From assembly GCA_029953675.1 (NCBI GenBank), contig JAMWBK010000009.1:124001-188000 (forward strand): a stretch of 64,000 bases of DNA, given 5' to 3'. Positions 22,311 through 34,895 of the stretch are shown piece after piece. Numbering within the stretch: the stretch's first letter is position 1; every line of letters starts with the position of its first letter. The notes under the pieces were generated by a model that saw only the letters and a program-made list of their open reading frames with translations, made no database searches and was not told where the DNA came from. The stretch is from Rhodosorus marinus CCMP1338 (lineage: Eukaryota > Plantae > Rhodophyta). The translations under genes were made by a program, and so were the position numbers.

Positions 22311-24293
22311 ATGGGTACAGACAACGCCGGTGGGGCAATGCAAAACTTCCAATCAGCAGTCGCTGATACTGCGGGAGCCTCTATGAACGCAGTCGGCGGG
22401 GCAATGCAGAACTTCGGATCCGCGGTCGCCGGCACTGCAGGGGCTGCCGGTGGGGCTGTGCAGAACTTCGGATCTGCGGTCGCTGGCACTACAGGGGCCG
22501 GCTTCAACAAAATCGGTGAGGCGGTTCAGGGCTTCCCATCCGCGGTCGCCGGCACTGCAGGGGCAGTCGGTGGTGCTGTGCAGAACTTCGGATCTGCTGT
22601 TTCCGGTGCGGCTGGATCGGTCGGGAACACACTTGGTGGGGCAATGCAGGGCATACAATCTGGTGGCACTAAAGCGCATACGGAAACAAAGAAAAAGGCC
22701 TTGGTACCAAAGAAGAAGCCTGCAGAAGCAAAGAAAAGGGGCGTGGAAGCCGAATCAGAGGCAGTTGGAGGGCCACTGCAGGGCTTGGGGTCTGCGCTTG
22801 CTGGTTCCGCAGGGGCCATAACAAACGCAGTTGGTGGAACAATTGTGGCCATACCGTCAGCGGTTGGTGGGACGATTGGGGCCATACCGTCAGCAGTTGG
22901 TGGGACGATTGGGGCCATACCGTCAGCAGTAGGTGGGGCGTTCGAGGCTCTTCCGCGTCTACCCGCAGTTTTTATCGGTGAGACGATTACTGGTATGCGG
23001 TCAGCAGTGGGTGGGTCTATCCAACACGTGCACACAGCAGCTTCTGATACTTTTGTGGCCGTGAAAGATGCCCGAAAGACCCTACTAGCTGGTGCAATAG
23101 CAGGAACGGTGTCTCTCGTTGTAGCCATACCTTTGGATGTTCGAAAGACCATTGTGCAGAACTCCTCAGCAACGAGCATCAAGGCGTTATCGCAAGTCGT
23201 GAATTCGCAAACGAACCCCTTCGCCGGACTGCAACCCTCATTTGTGGCGCAGATTCCTGCAGCTGTAGTTGCCTTTGCTGTTTATGAATTCACCCGCGGT
23301 ATGATTAAGGGAGCGGAAGGAAACGAGGCTCTGCGCAAGGCGAAGCTGATTTTCGCTGCTTGTACCAGTGACGTCGTGGGAGCTCTGTGGGTCACCCCCT
23401 TTGAGCGGGCGAAACAGAGAGTAAGTCTCACTTGAAGGTCTTGAACTGTCTATCTTTTCTGTTGTTTAACACGGCGGCTCTTGTCCCCTTTGGTCTCGTT
23501 TCACCTGCAAAGATTCAAGCCCCGGCAGGCTCGAAGTATAGCTCTCCGGCGAAGACCACCAGCCTCAGTTTCCAACAGAGATACAAAGGGTTCTGGGGCC
23601 TGGCCATGCGTGATGTGGGTTATCGCTTTTTGTTCTTGATGGCACTCGATGAGGCGAGAAAGTTCGCGGAGAAGAAGCTCAAGCGCTCCCTGACTTCTGT
23701 CGAGAGCTACGGGGTTGGAACCTCAGTGGTAATGGCAATTCGCCAGCTCAGCTAACTCCCTTTCAGCTTTCGGCAATTGAGTCTCACATGCTAGATTATT
23801 GTTCCTACTTCCCACCCCTCGTGTAGGCCGTCGTCTCTGCTCTGCTGACTAATCCGCTGGACGTCGCCAAAACCCGAATTATGTGTGAGCGCGAAGGTAT
23901 TGCAAGCACGTATTCCACGTTTGGTAGCGCGTTCTCTGGGACTCTTGAAAGAGAGGGGTTGAAGGGTCTTTTCCGGGGGGCGCTTCCCAGAGTAAGTGGT
24001 TTCCCTTCCTTTAAATTGCTTGGGGAATTTTGAATGAAAGCGAAACGCAAGTCGCTCAGCAAGAGCTTAGATCCTGAGTAAACCGTTCCTGTCTGTGATT
24101 TCGTTCCATGACTTAGGTTGGATATGTCGCGGTTACATCGGTTGTCTTCATGACTGTCTTCGACCAGGTCATGAAGAGGATGGACGCTCCCACAACCACT
24201 ACGGCAGCTAGTTCAACGAAACCCTGGTCATCCAAAACGCCAGCCTACGTGAATTCCGCTACTATTTCGAGAAATCGAAGAACAACAAACTAA
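22311..24293 (+). CDS. Mitochondrial carrier family (SLC25) protein, SAM-carrier-like, with long repetitive N-terminal extension
   Basis: Three carrier signatures PLDVRKT, PFERAKQR, PLDVAKTRIM; GLKGLFRGALPR|VGY; three introns; TAA 24291-24293. Confidence 0.9.
22329..22650 (+). repeat. Coding repeats GGA(M/V)Q(N/G)F(G/P)SAVAGTAG spaced 22/18/22/18/22 aa
   Basis: Near-identical blocks such as gcagaacttcggatc(c/t)gcggtcgc(c/t)ggcact recur. Confidence 0.9.
22827..22958 (+). repeat. 4 x 33-bp coding repeat AVGGTI(G/V)AIPS
   Basis: Units at 22827, 22860, 22893 and 22926 (last degenerate). Confidence 0.95.
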
Positions 24294-24635
24294 TTTTATA
24301 AAAGTCATACTATTGGCTCCGGTAGAACCGCGAACAACTCAGCGGGGGCTCGACGGTGCGGCATAGGTCGATACACGATTTTCTGTGAAGGTCCCCAAGG
24401 CAGGCGCTTCCACCCTAGGTTGCGATGCCTGGTTCGATGTTATCGCTAGAAGGCCAAGCTAGAAGTGCCGGAGGATTCTTCCTGGGGATAAGAACGAAAC
24501 CTCAACCTAAGCTCTAAAAAAAATATGAGCTTTATGTGCAAGACCCATCTGGGAAACATTCCCTTAGCTGGCTCCTTGTTTGACGGTTGCAGGCCACCGA
24601 CTACAGCTGGGAGGGGCTACGTTGGTATATGAGCA

Positions 24636-26336
24636 TTAAGGTAAAACTGGAGTTGGATATCTCATAACAAAGGACCTCACGCGCTGAGAATCGATTTCCT
24701 CGTCCAATGCGTAAAGGGCGCAGGTGAGATTATGTCTCGACGTCAAGAGCTCGTCACACTTGACCTTGAGCTTCTGCGCCGCGTCGAAGTCGTCGTACAG
24801 GTTTGTAGGCTGCATACCTAGTAATCTCGTCGCGTCTTCTCCGGCGAGAATAGCGGACAGGGCGAGAGACCTGTCGTCCATAACTCGTACTACCATGAAG
24901 AAATCGTACAGCATTTGGCGGGTCCCACATAATTGGCAGAAGAACTGCTCAACCGTCTGCGGGTCATCTTCCGGGTTCTCTTCGGGGGACATTTCCCTCC
25001 GAGAATAGTACACTACGCACTGAGGACATTTAGGCCTGCAGAACTCCATGACGCTGTATGGGTACACAAAGTCAACCAGTTCAACCTGGAGGTGGAAGAG
25101 AGAGGGGTAAATAATCTCAGTCCCTCGCGGCAAAATGATCACGTCCTAGTGCGAGGTCCTAAGTCTTCGCTGGCCATACCTGTACGCAAAAAGGTGCTCT
25201 CGTCTGCAGAGAATGAATTGGCTCACGTAGGGAGCGGCTTGGCTCTTGTCCAATTGTGTCCACGTCTGCACTTCTTATTGGCCTCGAGATATGTTCGCTT
25301 GCTTGATTTCCATGTGGAATGTGGACGGACTCGACAATCGGAAAGACCTCAGCTGAGGGCTCGAGCCCTGGCTTTAAGAAGCGTGCCTTGTGTTGCGCCC
25401 TCGTCGCTGCAACGTTGTTCAATGGGAAGAAGACGACAGTGGAAGTTAACCTTTCCTTCTTATCGGCGATGAAGCACGCCTCCGGCATGTTTGTGATGGT
25501 ATTCCAGCCCTTGAAGAGAATATCCCGCAAAACCACAACGCATGGTGGATCTGGGCTCATCTCAAGAGATCGCATATGTTTCACAGTCTGACTATCGCCC
25601 ACAATATCAAAAACTAGATCATTGTCCCATGTCTGGACTGTCATTGCGAACACGGAATCTTCCGAATTCATCAGAGCGCGCACCTTGATCAAGGTGCATG
25701 GAAAAGTCCGCAGTTCTCCAAAAGGTCGGGTAAGGGAAAACTCCCGAAAGTAATGCGGATGAAACCTAAATCAGCAAGCAAATTCCGCAATGCATGAGCA
25801 GTTGAGAAATTCGATATGACGTGTGAGAAGTCAGTCTTTCTAGCATTTGCGTACCGTCCAAGGTGGGTCTTGGACCATTCCCGTAGCAAACCTATCCGCG
25901 CCTGCTCGAAAGGTTCCAGGACAACTGGTTTCGGATTCCGAGTCGAAAGACTTGGTTCAAAGCTGTCAGTGTCGAACACGCGGAATAAGCATACCTCTGA
26001 ACCCGGTGCAGAGCAAATCCCGCTTAATTTTCCCTTGTTCATGTTGACAGTCAAGTTCTTTATCCAGAGAATATCTCCGACACATCCCAATGGCAGGGCA
26101 CGTTCTAAATCGTCAAAAAACTGGTTCACAATCAGATGCTTCTCCGACTCATGCGTTGGGACTGTGTGATCCGTGAGATTGATCTCGATTTTCATGTCCG
26201 CTCCTCTTGTCGCGTACGGGTTGCGGTATGACATAATCACACCAAGAAAACCACAGCGATGTCTGGCTTTCCCATGGGAGTCAACCGCTTCCCATATCGT
26301 GCTCAGAGTTAGGGCATTTTCCAATTCACCGCTCAT
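24636..26336 (-). CDS. POT1: POT1/TEBP-alpha-like telomeric ssDNA-binding OB-fold protein
   Basis: OB1 pattern GFLGVIMSYRNPYATRGADMKIEINLTD...VNQFFDDLERALPLGCVGDILWI; C-terminal OB with CPQC/CQLC and LYDFFMVVRVMDD...AILAGEDATRLLG. Intron phases checked for the first junction. Confidence 0.8.
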
Positions 26337-26489
26337 GGCGTTCGTCCCGGGTAGCTATGCCTCGGCCCTTCCGCAGTGATAACTTTCCCAATTTGCTACT
26401 GGTCTCAGGTTTCAACAGTTTTCAAACCAGGATCGCCCGCCCTCCGATCCCACCCTCCGATGTGGACAAGATAGGTTCAAAGCTAACAA

Positions 26490-28600
26490 GAAGAATGTCC
26501 ACATAGGCGCCAAGTTCGCTCTTCATACAGCTTCAGCAGACGAACTCATCTGGATTCTAGAGCTGAAGCAAGTAGACGAAGGAAGCACCGCGCTCTTCAC
26601 GTATGTTAGGCCTTGTTGGACCCAGTAGTCGAGACTCCTGTAGATGATATGGTCATCGACGATCTCCTCTTCAAACTCTATTTGAACGTGGGGGTTTCCA
26701 AAAGATAGCGTTCAGCCGAGAGCTCTAGCCTGTTTTTGAAGCACACTGAAAGTATTGATTGGGCAACAAAGAGTTCCCCCTTTCTCTTACCGCTCACTGA
26801 TACACATCAGCTCCTTCCGGACAAGCCTCGCTAAACAAATTCCCGTTTCCATTTAGTGCTTCAGGGTATGTTGGTCAATCAATACAGAAGGGTTTTTGTA
26901 AACATGGGCTCTGTCAAGAGGCCAGCACAGAACTCCATTCAATTCCAGGCCAAGCAAATGCCAAATGTTCCCTAACTGCACTTGATTGAGGCCATGCTTA
27001 GGTGAATGTTCCTCGCAACGGGCCATTTGGAGGCAATATTCCTTTTGGGAACAACAATATGGTGATAAATGGTTCTTTTCAAGGCCTTGAATATTGGATG
27101 AGGGTCTCCGAAGGGGGGGGGAGAAAACGTGAATTAGGTGAGGCGCGCGTACATGTGTACAACAGCTGTCTTTTTAACAGGATGGAAGATAGGATAAGTG
27201 TTAGCGAGTCAGTAGCCTTCCTAAGAAGTATAACTCTAGCAGTTTTTGGTGGAGCTCTGCACCTTTTCCAAGTGTTTCCTATTCCGGACTTTCACAGTTT
27301 TCCTTTCAGCGAGGTTGCCGATGTCGTCTGGTTGAGGGAGAACGGAGCAGCTCAGAGCTCGGCACTTCAGTGGTTTGAGCGGAGCGTCTTGGACGAGATT
27401 GTGTTCGGTAATTTGATCTCGCTAACGTTTAGCACTTGGAGTCCAATGGGATTCCAGTATACGGGAGAGAGAGGTTTCCAATTCGAAGAAGGGGATCGTA
27501 TTGAACAGTTGCAGCTCCAAGTCCAAACTAAGCAAGAGCCATTGCAGTCACGACACTCGCTTATAGGCTGCACGGAAAACTTTCTTTTACATCTCTCAGA
27601 ACTTGCGAGCAAATTTCGCACCCACCCAAGCGAGTACTTCATTCTAATTGACGCTGACCTCAAGGTAGAGTCGAACAACTCGCTGCTCCTGCTGTTTAAG
27701 GGCGTTGAAGGTGTTAACGGTATGCACTTGTGTTCATGCTTGTGGGGAGTGACATCCAATCGAGAAGAATCTGACAATGTTCGCACGGCCCGCCGCAGCC
27801 GAAAGTATCATCTCTCTGCCCCGCGATAAACTCATCGTGCAAGCATATAGCGCTCTAGAGATGTATACTGCTCAGGAAGCCACCATCGGGGCACTCACAG
27901 TACCGGAATTAGGAGATATTTTGATTTCTCACAAGTCACGCGAAAACTTCGTTCTTGAGGTGAGATTGACGACACTGTGACTAAGGCCCGATGCCAGTCA
28001 CGCTTCTTAAACTCTCGTGCGGGGACAGATGTCAAGCGCCACTCAGACCGAACCGCGAAAACAGAGCGTCGGAACGCAGACACCAACTTTGAATGCTGAA
28101 CTGTGGTGGGCTCCCAACAAACAAATCCCCGCCCTAAAGAAAGCACAAAGGGGAGGTTTGCCTAACCGGAAAAAAGTAGAAAACAAGCAACAGGCTTTAA
28201 AATCAGGCTCAGAGGTTCGGGCCGCAAACATGGATTGGCATGGCTAGACCTACAACTGCCTTGTGGGCTCTTAGTGAGCTCTGAGAACGCCCTATCTTAA
28301 TTTTCCGAGTCTGGCACTTACAGGAAGCGCGTGAATCCCTACACTCTCCTCTTTCGCCCAAAAAGATTGTCAAGAGTGCATCAATCGGGGTCAGGACTTT
28401 CGATGTAGAGAAGCATGCGCCTGTGTCTCTGGAAGCATTAGCAGTTCTCAATAGTGCAATAACGCTCTGCGCAGGAAACTCGCAAGTCCGAAGAGCCGTC
28501 TCCTCAGCGAAAGACGAGGCACGTTGCCCGTTCGAAAAGAACGAGGCGCTCAGGAGAAGAAGTCCTCTACCTTGTGTAACGAGAACAGCTTAGCGATTTC
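26490..28600 (+). CDS. Orphan multi-exon hypothetical protein, head-to-head with POT1
   Basis: 275-codon ORF 27002-27829 plus neighbouring open segments (DKLIVQAYSALEMYTAQE; MSSATQTEPRKQ); no family recognised; boundaries approximate. Confidence 0.45.
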
Positions 28601-30136
28601 AGAACCAAGAGAAAGGTACCGGCTATCCAAGCGCATGAAACAACCAGAAGAAGGTAACGATAGCATGAATGCAAGTCCCATCAAAGGCTCCGTGCGTACA
28701 CAAAGGATTGAGCGAGATGAAGGGCTAGTGTCCAGACAGGGGTAGGGAACTAAACCGTTCCCCCGGACTACTCGCATCCGAAAATGCCAGCGAGTTCTTA
28801 GCAACTCCTTCGAAATGGAGCGTTTAAGGCAGCCCCCTCTTTTTTGCAAACGAGATCAATGCAGAAGTGATTGAATTCTGACCAAAACACAAGTATCTTC
28901 CTCACGACAAAGGTTGAGATGCCCATGACAGGAAAAACCCATACTTGAGGTCGCCTCTCGCGGCTCGTTGGGTTTTAACACCAACGTACCACGTAAGAGG
29001 TGAGTCTCGTACCCCTGTGTCCAGGCCCTGTCACCTTAGACAAGGATTTACTGGTGCATTCCAATATACGACGAAGTCCCACGATGACCTATGCAACCTG
29101 TCGGTGCGAGAATTCATGGAACAAAGCATTTGTCTCGATATCTCGTTCTAGACAATCTCCTTCATCAGCAAGTACAAACAGCTCATAAGCATCACTACCG
29201 TAGAGAGCGCCTTCGTAGCTGAGCTGGTGACTCTAGTGCGTAGTCATCTGGTTAAGTTCGAAAGACCTCAAAAAGTCGAGTCAAGACGTGATCCAAGATC
29301 CATCCCCTGTTCTACGGAGACCGCAGTCGAATCACATACGCAACTCCATCGAGCTTTGATTACATGAAAAATCGACCAACGTCGACAACAGTTGCAAAAT
29401 AAGACTGAAACTGCTTAGCCCAAATACTCTATCACTACCCTGAACCCTTTCTTCGGCCAGTCCACAATTTTCTCAGAACATTTGAGGTTTCTTCCTTTCT
29501 TATGCAAAAAATCCTCTAAAAGCGCTCGTCGTTGATGTTCATCAATACGCCAACTAGACACATCACATTATATAGTAAAAACAAACTGATCCACTGATCA
29601 ATCAATAAAACTGAAGGAAAGCAAAAACAAAAGCCTCCCTGACTTCTTCCACCCCTTTTCGCGGTACAGTGAAAACCACGTATATATACAAAAAAGCAGC
29701 TTGAACAAACCCAATCCAAGTCCTACATGGAAAAATGCAATATCACTCCCACCCCCTATTTTTCTAGAAATAAACTTGATGATATCTTAAAAATTCATTA
29801 TAAAAAAGATAACTTAATTTGAAATACAAAGAATAATAATCGTATATCAAAATATATGAAAAATAGGCAAAGAATCTAACCACTGACGTTGAAGGAACTG
29901 TCTTGGCGTTGAACAAGTTTTTGAAATTAATATTTTTGGAACATTGGTCAACTGATTCATGGAGTGGCCTTGGTTTCGCATTACAATTTTCTCCGGCTGT
30001 GGAAGAGAAAGGGAAAATTACGCTTTTGCTAGACTTGGAGAGGGTTTTTGTGGTCTTGAATAGTTGCGGGGGAGGAGGGGGAACTGGGAGATTGGGGGGA
30101 TTTTTGTTTGTTTTTGCAGGAGGAGACTGAGTGAAA

Positions 30137-32876
30137 ATGTTGCGCATTGCTGCTTTAGCGAAAGGCAGGTGGTCATGGACCAACCACGTTTCGGTGAGTT
30201 GATAGTAGCAAGACATTAGATTTCTCTTTGCTGCTTGGCAGAGGAAGAACCTGGGATTGAGTCTGAAAATTTTTGTTGCCTAGACTTTTGGGAGCAGGTC
30301 CATGTCACAAACGTCGCCGGACGTGAGAGCTGGTTCCTCTATGCCTTTAGAATCTGCTGTGATCGGTGCGTCGAAAGCGCAGGAGGCGGAGGCTCTGCCT
30401 GCGAACGGAGAGCAAGTGGAGCTTCCAGAGCCTCCCTTGAGTGTTAGTCTAAGCGTACCTGGAGGTGAATGCAACCAATTTGAAGGGGAATTAAGGGATG
30501 CTACCCGATTTGCGTCTTTGCAGCTTATACAGACCTTGTATTTTTCGTTCCCATTAGGTAACCATGGACAACTCGAAAGGAATTCTCAAATGGAGCGAAT
30601 ACGGAGCACGATCAAACGACTACGACTGCCAGCTTATGCCAAGGTTCGTGCTATCGCAAGAGATCTCCGTGGTGGCGGGTGTCTGAAAAAGCTCTCTCTC
30701 TTTGATACGGATGTATAGTTAGATGCTGATGACGTAGTTTGGGTCAACCAGAGCCTGGCTCTGGTGGGAACCGGGACACGGTCGAATATAAATGGTGTGC
30801 GAGTAGCTCTTGAGCACGGAATCTTCCGGACAGAAAGGGTCGTTACAGTGAGGTGGGGGAAGATTCCTGTTTCGTCCTTTGTTCAGGCGCGCATTGGAAA
30901 AAGCTTTGCGTTTCCTGACTGCTTGCATTTGTCTCATTTCGATGAAAACTTCAGAGATGTTTTTGAAAGAAGTCCTGACCTTCCGACGCTGAATAAGTCT
31001 TTCAAGCTGCTCTCGGACGATGTGACATGTATTCTGTCCGGTATTCAGGTACGACACGCCCGGCGTTTGTGCTGATAAGAACATGCCGAATGCACTTAGT
31101 GGCAGAGCCGTTGACCATAGCAGTTTCACTTGAACACTTGCAGAAAGGATCAAGGAGACGGATTTGTAACGAGTACGCCATCGGCGGGGTCGGTGTGGTA
31201 GGAGGGGTGGGAGGTTCTAACTTCAAGCTAGTGCGCCATGACATGGACTTTCTGCAATTTCTTCATGAGGGTGGTTTCCGGATAGTACCAGTGGAATCAA
31301 AAGTGAGTGAAGCCTCAGGAGGGAATTCTCAAGGAAGATCAAGGCCCGTCAACTGCTAAGAGTATCCCATTCTCCGACACCGCAGGAGAAGCTACTAGCC
31401 ACAGAGATCGATCAAATACCCCCGCAGCAAAGTACAAATCACGTTTTCATGGTGGCACCTACCGCCTTCCAATCCAACCCTGATGCTGCTGAGGACAATC
31501 ACTTCATGTCCTCTGAAAGTATCAGGGATCCACATATCCTTCAACGAAAGGTTTGCTAAGGCACTCTTTGTTGTGTTTGGATCGTGTAGCTTTATCTCAC
31601 CAGGTGTGCTCTACCGCAGGTTGTGGCGGAGTTTGAAGCCTTACACTCAAAGCTGACGGACATGGTCAATGGGGCAGGACTGTCTGTCCATTTGTTCACT
31701 CATGAAGAACACCATGATACTCCGGATGCCGTCTTTCCGAACAACTGGTTCTCTACCCACACGGATCTTGAGGTCGGAGAATGCACCTTGTGTTTGTATC
31801 CGATGAAGGCACCAAACAGGCGAAAGGAGAGACGTCCAGATTTCATTGACCGTCTGCATAGTTTCAGCAGGTACCGAACCTGCAAGAGCAGAATCAATGA
31901 TGGAGTATATACAGGCTCGCATACTAAGCTTTGCTCCGCTCTGGACAGGTACACAAACGTCTACGACATGACGAGACAGGAGAACGCAGCGCGGCCTAAG
32001 TTCTTGGAGGGTACGGGTAGTCTCGTCCTGGATCGAGTGAACAGGTACCACGAATTGAAGACAGTCATCGTGGTTTCACCACACTCCTGTTCTTATCTAA
32101 CACTTTTGCTTCACTTACTTGACTCTGCCTTGGCAAGGGTTGCTTACGCCTCGATCTCCGAGCGCACTGACCTGAGCCTCACCAACGTCTGGGGTAGAGT
32201 CATGAACTACGAGGTTGTTCCATTCATATCTGTCGATGGAGCGAGAAGGTACGACGCGCAAAGAGACCCCGTGGCCATATCATGAAGCGTTCTAACTCCT
32301 TTATTTGGCTCCTCAGGCCTATCTATCACACAAATGTGATGATGTCCGTCGGCACATCGGTGGCAGTAGTGTGCGCAGAATCCATACCGGACGCGCGAGA
32401 GAGGGCCACTGTGCTGGATACCCTGAGAAACACCGGCCATGAGGTAGTCGAGATCTCTATGGACCAGGTCGACAGATTTTGTGGAAACATACTTGAGGTT
32501 GAGAACTACTATGGCAAGCCCGTACTCGCGATGAGTACCAGTGCAGTAAGTTTCGGTTCTCATCAAAGAGCGTGCGCATCCTCCAGCTGAGCTCGGGGAA
32601 TCTCATTATCCACTTCAAATCCCTCTCATCGCTTATGAATAGTACAAAGCATTTACACCAGATCAACGTGCAGCTCTTCGAGAACATGAAGAGGTAATTA
32701 TGGACCTTGCCGCGTAAATATTCTTGATCCAGCATTCGAGGATGATGCGAAATGACTCTGAAAAACGATTGTGCATTCCTTCCCGGCTTTGAAAGGATCT
32801 TGTTCACGCCGACATTTCCACGCTTGAGAACATCGGGGGAGGAGGAGTACGATGTTCCATTGGAGAACTTTTCTAA
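30137..32876 (+). CDS. Amidinotransferase (pentein) protein: likely mitochondrial presequence, degenerate pentein-like segment, then intact CtlX-like domain
   Basis: MLRIAALAKGRWSWTNHVS| presequence; LDADDVVWV..LALVGTGTRSN; QSTNHVFMVAPTAF; TPDAVFPNNWFS; LYPMKAPNRRKE; FLEGTGSLVLDR; IYHTNVMM; FCGNILE; LENIGGGGVRC; TAA 32874-32876. Confidence 0.88.
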
Positions 32877-33548
32877 CGCAACGAAAGCTACTCGCTTCCT
32901 CATTCTCAGTCGTGTATATAGCTTAAGCCACCAATGACCCTCTCCTCGTGCGAAACGTCCGAACGCTTGCTTCTGCACAGAAAATGGCGAGCAATAAAAA
33001 TTCGTACCTCCATATCTTCCGATGAGGGAATCCAATCTAAAATCCCTACTCAATCGCTACTACTTCGTACTGCTAGCATTGTCATCCAAAGTTTCTCCAC
33101 TCACCGCCTCAGTCACACTCACCATCCCATACGCGCCTCCCCAAACCCAAAAGCATTTACAAAACTAAGCCAACGGCCAAACCCAGGGCAGTCAATATCC
33201 ATCAAAATGATTGTAGAACTGATTGATAGAGCTCCTTCAATCTCACGGTCGGCGGAAACCTTAGACCCAGACATGTGACACTTAAATTGATTTATTTGGA
33301 CGGTATATTCATATTTTTGAAATAAAATAAGTTTGAAAAGGTGCGGGCGCAATACTTTTGTTGTTAAGTGTCATCTTTTGTGAAAATAGCCGGCTCTTTT
33401 TTGGATCGATTGGGTTGCGGGAGAGCTGGGGATGGTGGTGGAGGATGGTTGCATGCATGGAGATGTGGTTATGGTTTTAGTGAGGACTAGCTGTTGAAGG
33501 AGAGGATCACTTTTTAGAATTTGTTTGTAAGATATCTCTGAGGGAAAT

Positions 33549-34579
33549 ATGGAGGCTTTTGTGGCAGGTGTTGCTGGTCGTCAGGGTTGTCGACGGGGTG
33601 GGTTGATGAGAAACTTCTTTCGACAGACCGATTGATGGCTTTTTAGAGTGCTTTTTTTTTTTGTTTGCGTTTGGGAGGCTCACGCTATGATTTGTTTGGT
33701 TTTGTTTTGTTTTGAGCAGGTTCCCGTCAGGTATCCTTGCGAGTTGGGATGGTGAGCACGAATGGAGAGTCTGTTTCAATCGCTTAGCGCCGGTGCACAT
33801 TGCCAACAAGTGTTTTCTATTGTTTCTGTGATCTGCTTTCTAGGTTGAAGCTGAGAGACATTTTATAGATGAAGTAGAAGTATTCGGAATGCCAAAGGCG
33901 GTAAGAAACAACGTTCTTGTTGAATGCGCGGAAGCGGAAGAAGTCACCAGCGGTGGTCTCATTCTCGCGACGACAACGGTTGAAAAGCCCAACTACGGAG
34001 TAGTAAAGAGTGTGGGAACGGGATATCGATACCCGACGACGGGTGTTCAAGTGCCCATGGTAATCAAGCCTGGAGACTGCGTAATTTATGGAAGTTATGG
34101 CGTGGATGAAGTATTAATCGACGACGAAGACCACGTATTCGTTTCCCAAGACGCTGTACTGGCCAAGGTCAGCGGAGACTACAAAGCTGCAAATGTTGAA
34201 CCTATTTACGACACAATGCTCGTAAGGCGTGACTCATCTGCTGAGGAGCTTGGGTCTGGCCTCATGCTTTCCGCAAAGGCGCAGTCCAAACCGAACACTG
34301 GAACCGTAAGTTTAGCACAGAAGAAGGCTAACAAATCATCTCGAAGCCAGGGGATTGCTTTCGTTGCCCGTATCAGTTTTCTGATTCCACATACCTTGGC
34401 ACCTTTAGATTCTTTCCGTGGGGAACGGCAGACTCATGGAAGGCGGAGAGTTTGAGCCAATACCTTATGCTGTTGGCGATCGTGTGATCTTCGCATCTAC
34501 GGCGGGAACACCCGTTAAGTTCGAGGGAGCTGAGCATGTCTTGGTGCGAGTTGTAGAGGTGCTTGCCAAGGTTGAGTAG
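33549..34579 (+). CDS. CPN20: Plastid co-chaperonin Cpn20/21 (tandem GroES domains)
   Basis: Spliced transit peptide MEAFVAGVAG...; PKAVRNNVLVE...TSGGLIL...KPNYGVVKSVG; second domain EPIYDTMLVRR...GSGLML..KPNTGT; TAG 34577-34579. Confidence 0.92.
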
Positions 34580-34895
34580 CGAATGTCCATGAGGCTCTTT
34601 ATTTTTTGGGGCCATCAACGTTATGGTCGTTATGAACAGGAAGGTCTTTTCCACGCAAACATGAATAAAAACAATGTGATGGATGCTACGGCGGCTATGC
34701 CAGTTCGGTTCGAGCCGGCGCGTGGTAGCGGCTGGCCGTGCAGTACGTTGGAAGATTGATCTCCTGTCCAAGTGCACGAGCACCTTTTATACACAGCACT
34801 CACGATCTGCTACGAGGAACTCTAGCGAACTTCAGGCCTCAGAGCGGAATCGCTTCCCCGCGCAAATGGGGTCGATCTTACGTAAGGCTTTCTTC

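Noticed and set aside
22526-23182. 218-aa minus ORF with PPTADGMAPIV repeats
   Set aside because: Antisense of the carrier's repeats.
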